A DNA stretch of 64,000 nt from Massalongia carnosa (Eukaryota). The DNA lies in contig OZ287076.1 of NCBI GenBank assembly GCA_965645245.1, positions 1,054,001 through 1,118,000 of the forward strand. Reading direction: 5' to 3'. Numbering within the stretch: position 1 is the first letter of the stretch; each line of letters starts with the position of its first letter. The translations under genes were made by a program, and so were the position numbers. The notes below the pieces were generated by a model. That model was not told the DNA's origin and searched no databases. It saw only the letters and a program-made list of their open reading frames with translations. Positions 12,625 to 27,749 of the stretch are shown here, in pieces.

Positions 12625-12830
12625 ATGACATCTCCTTGTTGTCATCCAGGCACACTTTTCTCGTTGAAACCTCTCAACGACGAAGCCTTTAAGATAGTTG
12701 ACAACCCCAGTGACCAACATCTAGCGACACAACTAGATGATGCTACACCAACTCTCGATATACGCAGGCATTACTCACTCGCTATCGACTACCACGCTGT
12801 GACGCTCGAACAAGGACAGGATCTCTCCAG
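12625..12830 (+). pseudogene. Truncated N-terminus of a fungal FHA-domain Ser/Thr kinase gene
   Basis: HPGTLFSLKPLNDEAFKIVDNPSDQHL..LDI resembles the HP.ALFSLxPLNxxAxxVVxxPxNxHL start of fungal FHA-kinases. No kinase motifs follow. Confidence 0.45.
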
Positions 12831-14312
12831 TTTGAGTTGGTACGGTGCTGCCCAGGTCAGGCGGACCAGGGCAATGCAGGAACCGTCCTCCAGCGATGAG
12901 GAGAATTCCCGCCTTTCCCCATGTTGGGGATGCACTGTCGACTGCCCTGGTTCCGCAATCCGTCAGCGGAGTCAACAGACAGGAGGAGCAGCAAATGGTA
13001 TAATACACCAAAGTCCAGCTCCATGGAAATGTCGTTCAGCTGCAGATCAAGTATCACACCTGCGAGAAACTCGGCGCTCTGCTTGAAATTCGTCCCCGCC
13101 ATTGAGCCCACTCGGTGCTTTTGAACGCACAGATTTCGTTCCTCGGATTCTAAGATAAAATTAACAGCAATAGGGTGAATATATAGAGCCCAACAGCCGC
13201 CGACACCTGTCCGATCATTCACCCGCTTAGCTATCCATCCTATTATCTAATACCGAGACACCTGACTTCACTACCTTGACTCCCTCATTTTTAGATTAAC
13301 CCCGGGATAAACTTGATTAGATTGAGTATAAATTCAAGATTTTATCCATCTGCATCCACCAAAAAACCGATAACTCTACTCAACAGGAAGTTATTCGAGT
13401 TCGACCATGTGAAGAAGGTCATTTGATGAGCCTGAATGGGTTCAGTCATTCGGTTATTGGATGATTCGATCGCTCACCCGCTCCAACCCATCTAGTTGAA
13501 ATTTCCACGACCAGCAAAATCAACCACCCATCTCCAACTCTTGACTGTCAGTGCTTCTTGCTCTTCAAGTCATCAATGTGCACGAAAAGCCTCGTAGATC
13601 TCCAATTGAGCAGGGACTTAGACCAGTCAATCAGCATGGTTCGCGCGGAACGAGAAGGGGGGTAGGGGGCTAGTTTTCAGGGGCTGGGGCTGGCCAGTTG
13701 GGGGATCATAGGCGGATGTTCAGGACATTTAGTTAGAGATTGGTAAAAAAACGAAAAAGACCGGGGGAAAAATCAAGGGAAGGGGAGAGAGTGCCTGGCC
13801 TGCAAAACTCCCACCCGGTTTTCTAACCCATAAGGAAGATGTGTAAGATTCCGCTCCACAGTCCTACCATCATCTATAGACGCTAGCGGACATGCACATT
13901 TGCTAACGCAGCCCCGGAGAGAGTCTCGCTCGATTCAAAACAAAGGTTTTCCCAAGACGGGTTTCATGGAAAATTTAAAAATTAAAAAAAATGTTTAGCA
14001 TTGTCCATTACTGATAACCGAATACTCTTCTAGAGACCCGGGTTTCCCCAGAGATATTCTATTAGCTTTTGGGTTTATCGAGCCGGTGACAAGATGTCAG
14101 CGCCTCATTCGCTATGTACACCGATTCGCTTGTCGACGCCGTCCCTTTCCCAGTCCATTCTCCTCTCCTTGATCGGCTTCTTGTTATGTACGCTCAGTAC
14201 TGTTACTGCGAAGCCTCGATTCACACCCGGTTGAAGTCTGCAAGGTAATCGATGATCAAAACTTTGGGTATTCGTAATCCACGGTTGCCTCAGCATCTAA
14301 CCTTGCCTAAAA

Positions 14313-15773
14313 TCATCCCCTCAATATAATATCAACCCTGACCCCACACTTCCCCCCTTCCTCCCATACCGGCAACCCATCCACCACATCCAGGAAAATC
14401 TCGAAACTGTCGGGGACCGCGCGCTTCACCAGCCACGTTGTCGTGGCGGCATCACCGTCGTCCGTGGGATTCTTCACCTCGTAGCCTCTGTGGCTTTGAT
14501 TGAAAGTAACCTTCAGTGCGGCGATGGTGTGGGCCTGGTCATGGAGCTCAAAAGCCGCAACGGCGGTGGAGAAGAAGGCGTCCATGGTCATGCAGGACCG
14601 CAGCTTGAGCGGGACACAGTCCGGGCTGGGAGGGAGGAAGACGCAGAGGGTGGTGTTTGCTTGTTTGTAGGCGGAGAGCATGGTTCGGGGCGGGGCGGAC
14701 TCAGGCACGAGAGGCGATTGGATGGGTTTGTGGACGGGGTCTTCATTGGACGAAGTGCGGTCCGCGGACACTTTCTTGTGCATGGAATTTAAGCGCGAGG
14801 GTGAATTGTATCTGATGCCCGGGTCCAATGCTTGGAATCCGTTGGTGGATTCACGCTTGGATGCCTGGTCGATGGTGGATGCTTTTTTGGAAGAGCTCGT
14901 CGGCTCGGCGTTGGGGAGGGAGAAGCCTTCGTTGGGCCGGTTCCATTGGGAATCTTGGGGTGAAAGCTGGCCCATGTTGGTGAAGCGCGCGAGCGATCCA
15001 GAAACGTGGAGGCGAATGCCTTTAGATGGCCCGTTTTTTTTCCGAGGCTCCTTGTCGAACGAGCTGAGACCTGGCAGTACCGAGGAACGAAGAGGTTTCG
15101 GTGAGGTTTGGGTGAGGTCGGCATCTGATCTAGCGCGAAGGTGCTCGGGGGACGGCGATAGTGACGAAAGGTCGGACTCTAAATGTCCATGATTCCTTGC
15201 CTCCGATGGAACGCTTGCTTCCCTCCTACGGCCGGAAACACGACGTTGCCGCTTGGGGTAACGACCGCTTTCGTAGTTACTACTGTCGTCCTCGGACATC
15301 TTCGTGCTCCATCCTGCCAAGGTTCTGATCCCAAAAGCCAAGGGAAGCGCCTGGAACCCGGCCACAGGTCCCAGCCAGCGGCGGAAGTTCGAAGGGCCGC
15401 CCCGGAAAGACTTCAGGATCACTCTTTCACCATTCAGGTCCAGCGTCCAGTACAGCTGATTCTCGCCCCAGACGCGAGCCACCAAATCGACTTCTCGGGC
15501 CGGTTTCGTGATCTTTCCGTTGCTCTTTGCGAGATGAACGCGGAGACGAGATCCAGCAGTACACTTTACTATTGCTCCATTCTTATGCAAGAACGGGGGC
15601 GATTGGGTTGTGTATGTTTCCCGGGCTTCGGCGAGCATCGAGGTGACATGATCTTCAAGGAGTTCCGTCGTGTCGAGCCTTTCCTCATGAGCCTTGTCGT
15701 CGAGAGGATCCTGAGGTCGGGCCCAGAGGCGATCAAGGCAGTCTTCTGCAGCTAGATCGATGTCGGGGGGCAT
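14313..15773 (-). CDS. Hypothetical protein, paralogue 2 of the local family
   Basis: Intact intronless 486-aa ORF. RVWGENQLYWTLDLNGERVILK matches RSWDEKSCYWTLDMNGERLIVK of paralogue 1. C-terminal VFLPPSPDCVPLKLRSCMTMDAFF..SFEIFL..CGVRVDI matches VFFPPLDYFIPIKITKGMTHALFF..TFDFFL..CPVKVEI. Confidence 0.87.
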   Translation of the reverse strand: MPPDIDLAAEDCLDRLWARPQDPLDDKAHEERLDTTELLEDHVTSMLAEARETYTTQSPPFLHKNGAIVKCTAGSRLRVHLAKSNGKITKPAREVDLVARVWGENQLYWTLDLNGERVILKSFRGGPSNFRRWLGPVAGFQALPLAFGIRTLAGWSTKMSEDDSSNYESGRYPKRQRRVSGRRREASVPSEARNHGHLESDLSSLSPSPEHLRARSDADLTQTSPKPLRSSVLPGLSSFDKEPRKKNGPSKGIRLHVSGSLARFTNMGQLSPQDSQWNRPNEGFSLPNAEPTSSSKKASTIDQASKRESTNGFQALDPGIRYNSPSRLNSMHKKVSADRTSSNEDPVHKPIQSPLVPESAPPRTMLSAYKQANTTLCVFLPPSPDCVPLKLRSCMTMDAFFSTAVAAFELHDQAHTIAALKVTFNQSHRGYEVKNPTDDGDAATTTWLVKRAVPDSFEIFLDVVDGLPVWEEGGKCGVRVDIILRG

Positions 15774-16671
15774 AGCGAATCGCTTCTTCCTTCACGTTTT
15801 ACCTTTGCCAAGGTATCAGATCATCAAACGCGCTCGCTTCAGTTTGACACTCGCTTCGCTTGATCGAAAAGGAAGGCAAACGAGAAAGATTTCGAACGAT
15901 CAATGGACCCCACAGATTAACATGCGATCATCGATATTTTAAATCGATTGTTGAGTTACAGTCAGCTGTACAGAGTAAAGGAGCATCAAAAACCACAGAT
16001 GTGCACAAACACCGTGAAGTAATATATCGCTTATTTGACTAATTGATTACTGTCACTCGGGTTTGTGACAAGTACTCACATGCAGCCGAACGATGACCCG
16101 TTGTTGTTCTTCATCGCGTTATTCATTTGTGAATACTCTGTACTTCATTCAAATCATCGGCCTTGACCTTGGGCAAAAAGTTGGGACAGCGATGAAGCTG
16201 GTCAAGATACAGAGTCGAGGATTTCAGACACACATTTGTCGCGTTCGAAAGATCTTCGACTATGTACGAGTACGATACGTCACGTCTAACTGGGTTCAAC
16301 TCCATCATCAGGCAAGAGGAACACGGCGACTTTCGGAGCTGGATAGATTAGCTGCATGGCTTGTGGGATGAGTAAATACACGCCACTTTTAGAGTCTTGG
16401 AGTGATCAATCTTCAGGTTCGAGAGTTTGCCTCCTGACCTAACTCGCACTCGTTGAACTCATCCCTCATGTGTTTGATTGAAAGATTACTGACGTTCACC
16501 TCCTCGATCCAATTCTCCCACTGCACCTTTCCTATCGCCCAAACAGTGCTGCTTCCCAACATTCAAACTTTTACGTCAGCTACTCGTGAACGAACGCCAA
16601 ATTTCTGTCTTCATTCTTGGGTCGGTACATCCTTATCCTATCCTGGTTCTCCAGCCGCAGAGCTAGACTAG

Positions 16672-18251
16672 TCAATCCGTCAGGTCTACAACAAGACTCT
16701 TACCCCTTGGTTTCTTAGCTGCGGCCGCGACTTCGATGGCATGAATTTGATCCTGGAGTTTGTCATGATCACGCTTGAAGTAGTGAACCAAGTATTAGTT
16801 ACCGAGGATGAGAAATATGCCAGAGATGGAACTGCAACGGAGAGAATGTCAATATTAGGAAAGAGGCCATACCTTCATTTCTTCGATTCGGATTTCGCGC
16901 TCTAGTTGGCGGCTACGGCGCTGAGGAATGTTTCAGTCAAGGATTCAAAGAAATGGGTTGATTGCAGAAAAGAGCAAGGGTTTTTACCAGCAGCTCGACT
17001 TTGACCAGGTGCTGGTCGTCGGAAGATGACTCATGCTTGATCGGTCCAGTCCCTTGTTCTAGCTTTATTGGAGAAGACGTTGTTATAGTTGCCCCCGTCG
17101 CCGCCTTCGGATAACGTGGCAAAGGTTGAGCTAGAACATCGGGCGCTGGTGTTATCGGGAAAACGGGGGAAGTCGATCCATCACGAGGAACGTCAACTTC
17201 AATTGATGGTAAGTGCTCAGGGAGCCTCCGAATGCGCTTGGTCAATGCAGGTGCTGAGCCATGATATGCCTCTTTGTTTTCAATCAAGGATGCTTGGCGG
17301 AAAGCGCTCCATGTCAAAGCGGCTGAGGTATCGTTTGGAGAGGCAGGTTCATAAAGTGCTTCGGCCGTGCGAGCTTCAACTTGTAAAATAGACGTTGGGG
17401 TTAGTGGTGATGTCTCTCCTCTGAACCCGCGAGTTGTTTGAATATGGCGACGCTTGGCAGAAAACCCTCCAGTAGGACTTCTACTACGTAAAGACTCTAC
17501 GGTTTTTGTTAGATTCTTAGGACGGCAAGTACTAGTATTTCCCCTCCTTGTGGAGTGATTTACCTTGGGAGCCTTTGACTCGCAATCGTTTGTTCTTTGA
17601 AGCTCGTAGGGTCTTCTCTGCCTGCTCCACTATCTCGGCGTGTAACCTCAAATTCCGATTTTTATCACATTCGCCAATTTTAGGTGCTGCCGCTCTACTC
17701 CGAGTTGACCGTCTCAATAGACCAGATGATGATTGGAGAAGTACGGATGATCCAAGATGGGAGTCTGGGAAGAGGCCAGGAGATGCCACAGGTGATATCA
17801 GAACTGTCGGACCTTGCGGGATGGAGTCGGATGGTGATTTTACTGGCAAATATATCGAATCGTCCTCGTCGAAAAGCTCCCTAGTTGTACCAAACCCACG
17901 TTCCTTGCCGTACCATACGTGGTAAGAGATCTTTGGTGTTCGGTTGGTGTGAAAGGCCTTGATGATGTAACGATCCCGACCTATATCATATGTCCAGTAC
18001 CTATTGTCATGATCGTCCCAAGCGCGGCACACAAGTAATCCCCTCCTTGTAGTGGTGAGTGAATTAGGGAAACTGCCGCCACCGGTCTTTTGCAAAACCT
18101 CTCGTTGACTGCCGGGTTTGACTGTGGGGCTTAGGTTTTCTTGGATGAACGGTGGAAGCTCAGTTGTATAGATGCTCAGGGCATCGTCAAGGTACTCAGC
18201 AAAAGGTTCGTCAGACATAGACAAACCAGGCTCTGCTATTCTGTTAACCAT
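16672..18251 (-). CDS. Hypothetical protein, paralogue 3 of the local family, four exons, ending in a coiled coil and LVVDLTD
   Basis: Exon 1 carries CRAWDDHDNRYWTYDIGRDRYIIK..YHVWYGKERGF. Intron 17497-17563 (GTAAAT..CTAAC..TAG) joins it in frame to the 16937..17317 ORF frame. Two further GT-AG introns give RRSRQLEREIRIEEMK and RDHDKLQDQIHAIEVAAAAKKPRGKSLVVDLTD*. Confidence 0.75.
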
Positions 18252-21196
18252 GCTGTTAGCATGAAATGAAATCGCAAAGGTGGAAGTCAGGGCAAGGGGA
18301 AGGTAGAAATATATAATCGCCTATGGAACCCGGACGGTATTACCTAGCTGTGTGCGCTAAATGCACACCCTGCGTACCTAGCTTCGAGCCGAGATTACCG
18401 CAGCCTTTTGCAAGCAGGTGTTTATTTTACCACCTCGAATCCCATTCCCTTGCCTTTAAGCTGTTAAACAGACGCGAAATAGAAAAGATATGTATCGGAT
18501 TAATACAATTTAAAATAGGGGATAAAGCCTGACAAGGGAAAGCCTGAGTAGAAAGCTTTCTGGGTCGAAGGCACGAAGATGGAATCTTGTCCAATGAACT
18601 TAGTAAGTAGTATTGCAATCTAGGATCGCAATCAAAGCCAAGTAAATCCGCGATCTTCGCTGGAGAGTGAGAATGAGTAGCGAATTACAAAAATACCTTA
18701 CGACCTGTCGAAGTGCCAATCCAGCTCGTTGAGTACTCAGTTGCCTACTTGCTACTTCCTCGGTTATTCTCGCAACAGGGAAATCGAAATAAAGAAGATT
18801 GATCGGGAAAGACAGATACTTAGTAGAGTGAAAGGTTTGCTAGGTTTTAGAATGACTGATGGAAAAAACAACTGAATAGCTGACCCAAGTGAACTAATAA
18901 ACAGAAATTTGTAGAAATCTCTGAGGGGGTGGTTAACTGAATGAATGCCGGATTGAAAATGCAGTCAACTCCTTCGATAGCAGCGGGAATGAAACACTCG
19001 CCCGCTAATACTTCTCGTGTGTGGCTTGCTGATTTCACATCATGTTGTTTGAGATCGCATGTACAAGTAATCTCTCAGCCACAAGAACTTGAAAGTAGCC
19101 TGTAATAGGAATGATATACACCTGTGCTTTTGTTAATCTGAGCATTAAGCCGAGCGAGAATAGTTCTGACGAAGCTAGATTGAGACGATCGTAAATGGAA
19201 ACCCAAGAAGGTAGTGCAAAACACCCTTGTAGAAATAGCAAGTACTTTCCCACAAGACTGCGTCTCTACTGAGCTTTGTTAGCGAAAAAAAAGGTAGAAT
19301 GTACTAAGAGCCAGGTACAAGGATACGACGGAGATAGTTAGGTAGTCAATGAGCATAACTAACTGGGCATAAATCTCTGGAAAACTGGGTTGGAAGAACA
19401 GATGAGATCGTGAAAAGAAGATCACGCATCCGCAGGCTGTCGAAAAAAAAAGGGTTCTGAGACATGACTAAAACTAGTTCGCCGAGTCACCTTGCTGAGA
19501 GCTCTCGGCGCTTTATAATGGACGGTTGGAGTCAAGTTTTAATGTCTTATACCAACACGTTAACAAGCATAGAAGCAAAGAGCGACAGAAACTCAGACAA
19601 GACTGTCCGAGAACGAGAAATGATGAACGGAGATGGTATCCTACATGCTGGCTCGTGTAAGAAAATGGGCATCCCAATATGAACTGTTAACAGAGGGTAC
19701 GGGAAGAGAGCGCGAGCAGTTTATTTGGTTTTCTTAAAAAGGGGGTTGCGAGGGGGTCCGAGAGGGTTAAAGCGATTAGAAGGTGGTGCGAGCGAAAGCC
19801 ACAATGCAAGACACAATTCTTGGGATAGCGTCGCAAGTTATTAGAGAACAGGGCTTTACATTGCCGAATGAGAAATGACTTTCGATGGGCGCGAGAGGGC
19901 CAAGGAAACCGTATGATACAAGGAGAGGAAAAGATTCTGAGCTTCAGGTTATATGATATGAAAAATGCCCAAGAAGGGGGTTGGTACGTGGGAAAAGTGC
20001 AATATAAGAGGAAAGTCGTGAAAAATGAGGAGAAGGTAGACGACCGCTACGTGAGAAAATAGAAAGGAAATATGCGGAATTCATGATTGAAAGGGAAGCT
20101 TCAATAGTGACGACAGTAGAGGGATATTCTTAAATTCCAAGAAAGAAGTATATTTACCACCTACCTCTTCACAACTTCATTCATCTCTGATCGACAGGGA
20201 GACAGGTGGATATTTGTTTATATATGGAAGTAAGACCAACGGGGATGCTTGAGGAAGTGAATGAATAGAAGGGTTCGAATTCTCATGCAATAATTGGGCG
20301 CATGACGGTTTTGCTCTTTTTTTTACTCGCCCATGATCATCAGGGTCAGCTATTGCTTACAAAACACATGCTTCTCATAAGAGTTTTCGCTAGAAAGAAA
20401 ACGAAGATAATGAACAAGGAGGACACGAAGGAATAGAGGATCAGATTTCGAGACTTTGTTCCACCTATCTTGCAATGGATAGGTTCAGTCAACATTTTAC
20501 AGGAAGAAACAGAAACGAAAGGAAGGAGCGTTGTTGGTTAGTAAGTATATTAAAGCGGCATCCACCATTCATTCCCCTTGCGGAAAAGATCATGCGCGCA
20601 TGCAGGCACGGGAGGTGTGTTAAATTTAACGTCTTCCTTCCGGTAACTACAATAAATCTTTCTTGTTTTATTTCACTTCAGTCGATCTATCTAAGAAGAC
20701 ATGAGCAAAAGGTCTTGATGATGCATCGTGGATGCCTAGCATAACCAAGTTTGTACTTGTGGTCAAGACTAACTGATGGGAAAAAGCTTGAAAGGTGCGG
20801 GAAGAAGAAAACCCGCCTGCTGAATTGTCAAATTTCCCTGGAAACTGTTGCCGTTTCGAAGCAAACTTAGAGGTGGAGGCACGTGGGTGAAAAATGAAGG
20901 AGAATTTGAAAATAGGAGCCGCTTCGGGCGATAATGTATCTCTCTAATTCAGAGATAGCTGTTTCGTCCAACCTAGCGGAAACCACTCAGCCGGGGAAAG
21001 AAAAAAAAAGAGAGAAATAGAGCCATTAAAAATGGAAAATTGGATGAGGCCTTTCAGGCATCGGTTGCAACGTCGGTCAAGCCATGGTACATATACTGCT
21101 CTCACCGCCTGAAAGAGCATTCGGAAGACACTGATAATACCCTGAGCCGCAGCAGCTGAATATGCACGACTTCCTAAGGATAACCTCACACTGTCT

Positions 21197-23928
21197 TTAA
21201 TATGACGAGTCAGTTTCTAGTATTGCGAATGCATTTGACCTATTATTCGCCTGATTCTCGTCGTAGTTGGAACCTTCACGACTAAGCCGACTGCGCTTGC
21301 TAGCAGCGGTCGCACCGCCCGACTTTCTCTTGTTGCCAGCACGAGCTACGCTACGGGGAGCGGCTGGCTTGCGAGGTGTATTTGATCTATGCCGGGTGGT
21401 TCTACGGCCGAAATCGGCGTCATTAGGGTCGTCTGGGTGATCGCTGCTTAGCTCGGGGTCTGGAGTTAGGTTCGTTTGACTCTGTGTCTTGTTAACACCG
21501 GGTTAGGATCATGAAGAAAAGAAGGTGGCCTCACCGGTCGAGAAAAGAGGTAATTGGACTGCTGTGCAGGGCTAGGAGTGTAGGATGCCGAGAGCCCATT
21601 TGGAGCCGCAGGAACCCTAGCCATAGTGGTGGCAATAGGACCAGAATTGCCCGGAGGCATTAAAAACGGTCCCTTGGTAGAGTCTCGCGCTCCTTTGCTT
21701 ATAAGCAATTTTCCCGCCTCTGCCGATATGGGAATTCCTATTGATGGATCTATGAATGGTCTATTACGTCGACGCTTCGCAGGACTAAGGTTTTCGGCTT
21801 TATTCGGCTTTTCCCGAGGGCCAGCATTCACATCGTAATCCAACCCGGCTTGGAGCGCTTCGGCGGTGATGGCAGATATTGGTAAATTCGCATCCTGCAT
21901 TTGCTGGTAGTACCATGGCTTTGGCTTTTGGCTCTTCGTTTTCTGCATACGCTTGCTCAGAGTTAGCAGAGGAGACCTCCCAGGATTATTGCGCTGGAAC
22001 ACTTACCTTTTTCGAACCAGAGGATTCTTCATTATTGATATCAGCAACATGAATGGAAAACTGCAGCTCCTTTTTGTTTTCATATCCGGCCTCTAGCTCC
22101 ATGTTTGATTTTGCCAGGCTGCTTGCGTAGGCTTTGCTCATATCCTTTACACGAGGCAATGAAAAATCGGAATGGGTCCATTGTGGCAAAGTAGGCATTG
22201 GGGGTCCCATGGACGGAGAACTTGGCGGTAGGCTCCCAAAAGAGTTGTTCGCGCTATTGAATCGTGTATTTGTGGGAGAAACATATTGAGGTGGACGGGG
22301 GACTAACGATGCACTCTGGCCATCTGACCCGACGGACCCGTATCCGCGCTGCGAACCATAGAACGGTTTGGGTCGCTGGTCACCCAGAGGTGGCAGAACT
22401 CCAGCTGATAGCTGCTGATCAGAGAGATGGGGTCCGTATCTATTGATGTAGGAAGCTAAGAACCGCTCGTTTTCTTCGCTAGCACGCTGTATCTGAGCCT
22501 GTTTCGCTTGATACATCTTATAGCCGGATTCCAACGTTGGTGGCATGAGATTTGGGTCTAGGACGCTCGGACTGAGGAATCCTGGTGATGCGGTGGGAAA
22601 GGATCTGTCACCTGCATGGATCGCTTTAGCTTAATGCAAGGCATACCAAGCGTTTGAGAAACCTACCGAATTGGCTTCGCGTTGAATTCGTACTGCTGGA
22701 CTTTGACGACTGTGCATGCAGGATAGGCGAATATTCAAAATTTACTTTCGGAGACATTGCATAACTGGTCTCCGTGAGTGGTTGGAGGGGCTGTAAAGGA
22801 ACGGTTATTGTAGATATGGCTAAGACCTGTTTGCGTTTCTGATACTGCTCATACACGTTCGTGCGTTCCTTTAACAAGACTTGGTCTAGCTTGTTGCATG
22901 TTGCCCATTGCTGGTCTCTCTCTTGTGTGCGCTTTTCTTGTTCTTCACCACCCCGGTGCCTGGCTTCATTGATGCTTATATCGAGCGCCCTCTTCGCTTC
23001 TTCACGTGCAGTGTCGAAAAGCTTCCGAGCTGCCCGAGGATCAATAGGCTCGTCGCCTTCCTTCCAATCAGGCGGCGCTAGCAATTCTCCCAGATGGCCA
23101 ACTCCTGGGATATGATGGCTTGGCCCAATCTCATCAGCTCGATGTGCATATGGATTGGTGTCGAACGGTTCCGGGTTGTGCGCAAAATTACCCTGGCTTG
23201 AGTCCCCATTGCTCTTGGAGTGTTGCGATAAGGATGTCTCGGAATTCGCTGGCGTTACCATCGCTAAACTCTTAGCAGGATGACCTAGAGTCGACCCTGA
23301 CTCTGGTGTAGGCTTGAGATGGCAACTATCAAGAAGACTGTCAATGGGACACATTGGGACCGCTGGTAAAGGCTCGCGTATTTGCTCCAGAGGCAATGTC
23401 ATGAATGGTTGCTTAGGAGGTGATCGGGTGAGGATAGGTTTTGGAGGGTTGCGAAGACCTGCACCAAATCCTGGGGGTGCACCACGAAGGCCACGAGCTG
23501 TGAATGCAACATACAAACCAAATCAGCAAATAATCCACATGTGAAGGTTGCTATGAATCCATAGATGCAATACGACAATGGTTGCCAAAAGGAGGCTTCA
23601 GGTACACAAGCCATTGAAGACTAACTAAGAGGTGAAGACATACGGTTGACGCCGATACTGGCGGCTCTAAGCTGTCCGCGGTTCTTGGAGCTTACTAGGC
23701 TCACTGCCTCCATACTTACTCTAAAAAGAGTGATCAGTTTTCTGATTTGGGCAGGAGCACAAATGAGAAGCTAGCTTACGGAGGACTGTTGTATTCATTC
23801 TGGTATGGATCAGTCTGTTCTGTTAGTTGTGCGCTGGAATTGGCTGGATCATTACGTTGCGCCTCAGCGACCTTGGTTGAAGTCGAAAGCTGTGCACCTG
23901 GCGCGATCTCTTTTTCTACAGGATCCAT
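21197..23928 (-). CDS. Multi-exon, largely disordered hypothetical protein with short coiled-coil segments; 3' end uncertain
   Basis: ATG at 23928 (MDPVEKEIAPG). Five phase-compatible GT-AG introns join the ORF-track pieces 22626..23516, 21986..22546 and 21466..22002 and a last basic exon (SQTNLTPDPELSSDHPDD..NKRKSGG). The stop is at 21197 unless a further intron leads to 20944. Confidence 0.65.
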
Positions 23929-24527
23929 GGTATGTCGCCTCAACGTGCAGTCGCAAATGGAAGCACGTTATGGCCAGCAAGCCTGCAAAGACGAGGTGTA
24001 GGATGAGTGCAACGAATAGGGATGATGGGGTTTCACTTTCAAGGTGGTTGAGTGGTCGCGCTGTTGCGATCTCAAACCGTGTTGTACTTCAGTTATAAAC
24101 ATCTGCATGCCGTGGGTGAGGGTATTAGTGTTATAGGGCAAAAGCGTTGCGCTCTAGATGCGATTGGTCACTTGCCCCACGAAGCCCTAAAGTCAACACC
24201 TCCTAAGATGCGCGACATACTCAAAGTCAATCCACTTTATCGCGACATCATTATCAAAGTGAATCGATCAGTATCTATTGATGTATTGGAGAAATCTTAT
24301 CGCTGATTATCTAGATGCCGCTTGACATATCTAGCCAACCTAAAGATCAGGTTTATCAAACTTTGTATGAATGCCATAGAAGAAACTCAAAAGGTCTTCG
24401 TTTAGAGAGTCTCTCTGAGAGACGAGAAGGCCCAGACCGAAGTCAAGGGTCTATGCATCTACTAAGTGAGCGCCCATAAGAGGAAACCAACTTGCTTTAT
24501 CAAAAGTCTACCGCTCATTGATGGAGA

Positions 24528-26677
<2,150 letters not shown>

Positions 26678-27749
26678 TATGGTAGCCTCCTGCAATGAAG
26701 CTAACGATCAGCAAGTCCTAAGTTGAAGAGATATTGATAAAGATTATCAGGGAAGGTGAAATTATTCAGAGCAAGATAATTATCGGCTTCAGTGACAAAT
26801 CTAGTGAGTAATGGTGGGAGGGATCAATTTCAACCTTAGTTAAGGATTGGTCAGGTATCCATACTAAAGGGAGATCTTGTTTAGTGGTGGGCAAAATGAT
26901 AAGATTGATGATCTAGCCAGCTCGGGTTCCTTCTTAGAAACGAAATGCCCAAATATTTGGAAAACGCAAGATATTTTGCAAGATGAGAAAGCTTGCGAAG
27001 CGGTGCATCACGGTGCGGTGAGGTAATGGAGGGGAAGGTCCAGCTCGACTTACCTTAGCTAGAGGAACGGGTTCTACTTGAGCAGCTAGCGATTGAGGTT
27101 GGATGGTGGTGCTCTTTTGGTACACCTTGGACGTTCAGTGAGACAAATAAAGATTGATGAAGAAGACTGGAAGTGTGTGGGCGGAAAGAAATATTTCAGA
27201 TGGAGGAAATGTTGGGTTTTAAATAGGCAGCTTTGCCCTTCGCTCAAGATGAACGCATGAGAATGATGGGAATGATAGAAATGAGTGAAGAGGGGGGTGA
27301 TTGCCGTGATTTCCCTCGCTAAAGAATTTTCCTTTGTTTCTTCGCGTTCATAGGGCTTGTTGTTGACCTGGCCCGCGTCCTTCACCTTTCCGTCACCATC
27401 CTAACTTCTGCAAACTAGAGCTGATGAACTACCACTCAGATGACCCTGAAGAGAGATTACATCTCTTCTTCTTATGCTCCGGTAAATGTGTTACATCTTC
27501 TTCGGCTGCATTGGTTCTTGACGATGTGTTTTCTGATAACTCATACACATCTCCGATTAAATGACTTCCGTGACCTAACCTTGAACAAATGACAGACTCT
27601 ATTTATATATTACAAAGACAGCGAGGTATATAAGTAAGGTAAGACAGGTAGGATGTAGGTGAAGTTGTGGTCTATAAAAGGAAGCTTTTACACATCTAGG
27701 TCAAGTTAATATATCTTTTTTAGATTATAGTATCAGCCTTCTCACCTTT

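Noticed and set aside
20240..20290. tRNA or SINE B-box (GGTTCGAATTC)
   Set aside because: No cloverleaf stems or A-box at suitable spacing.
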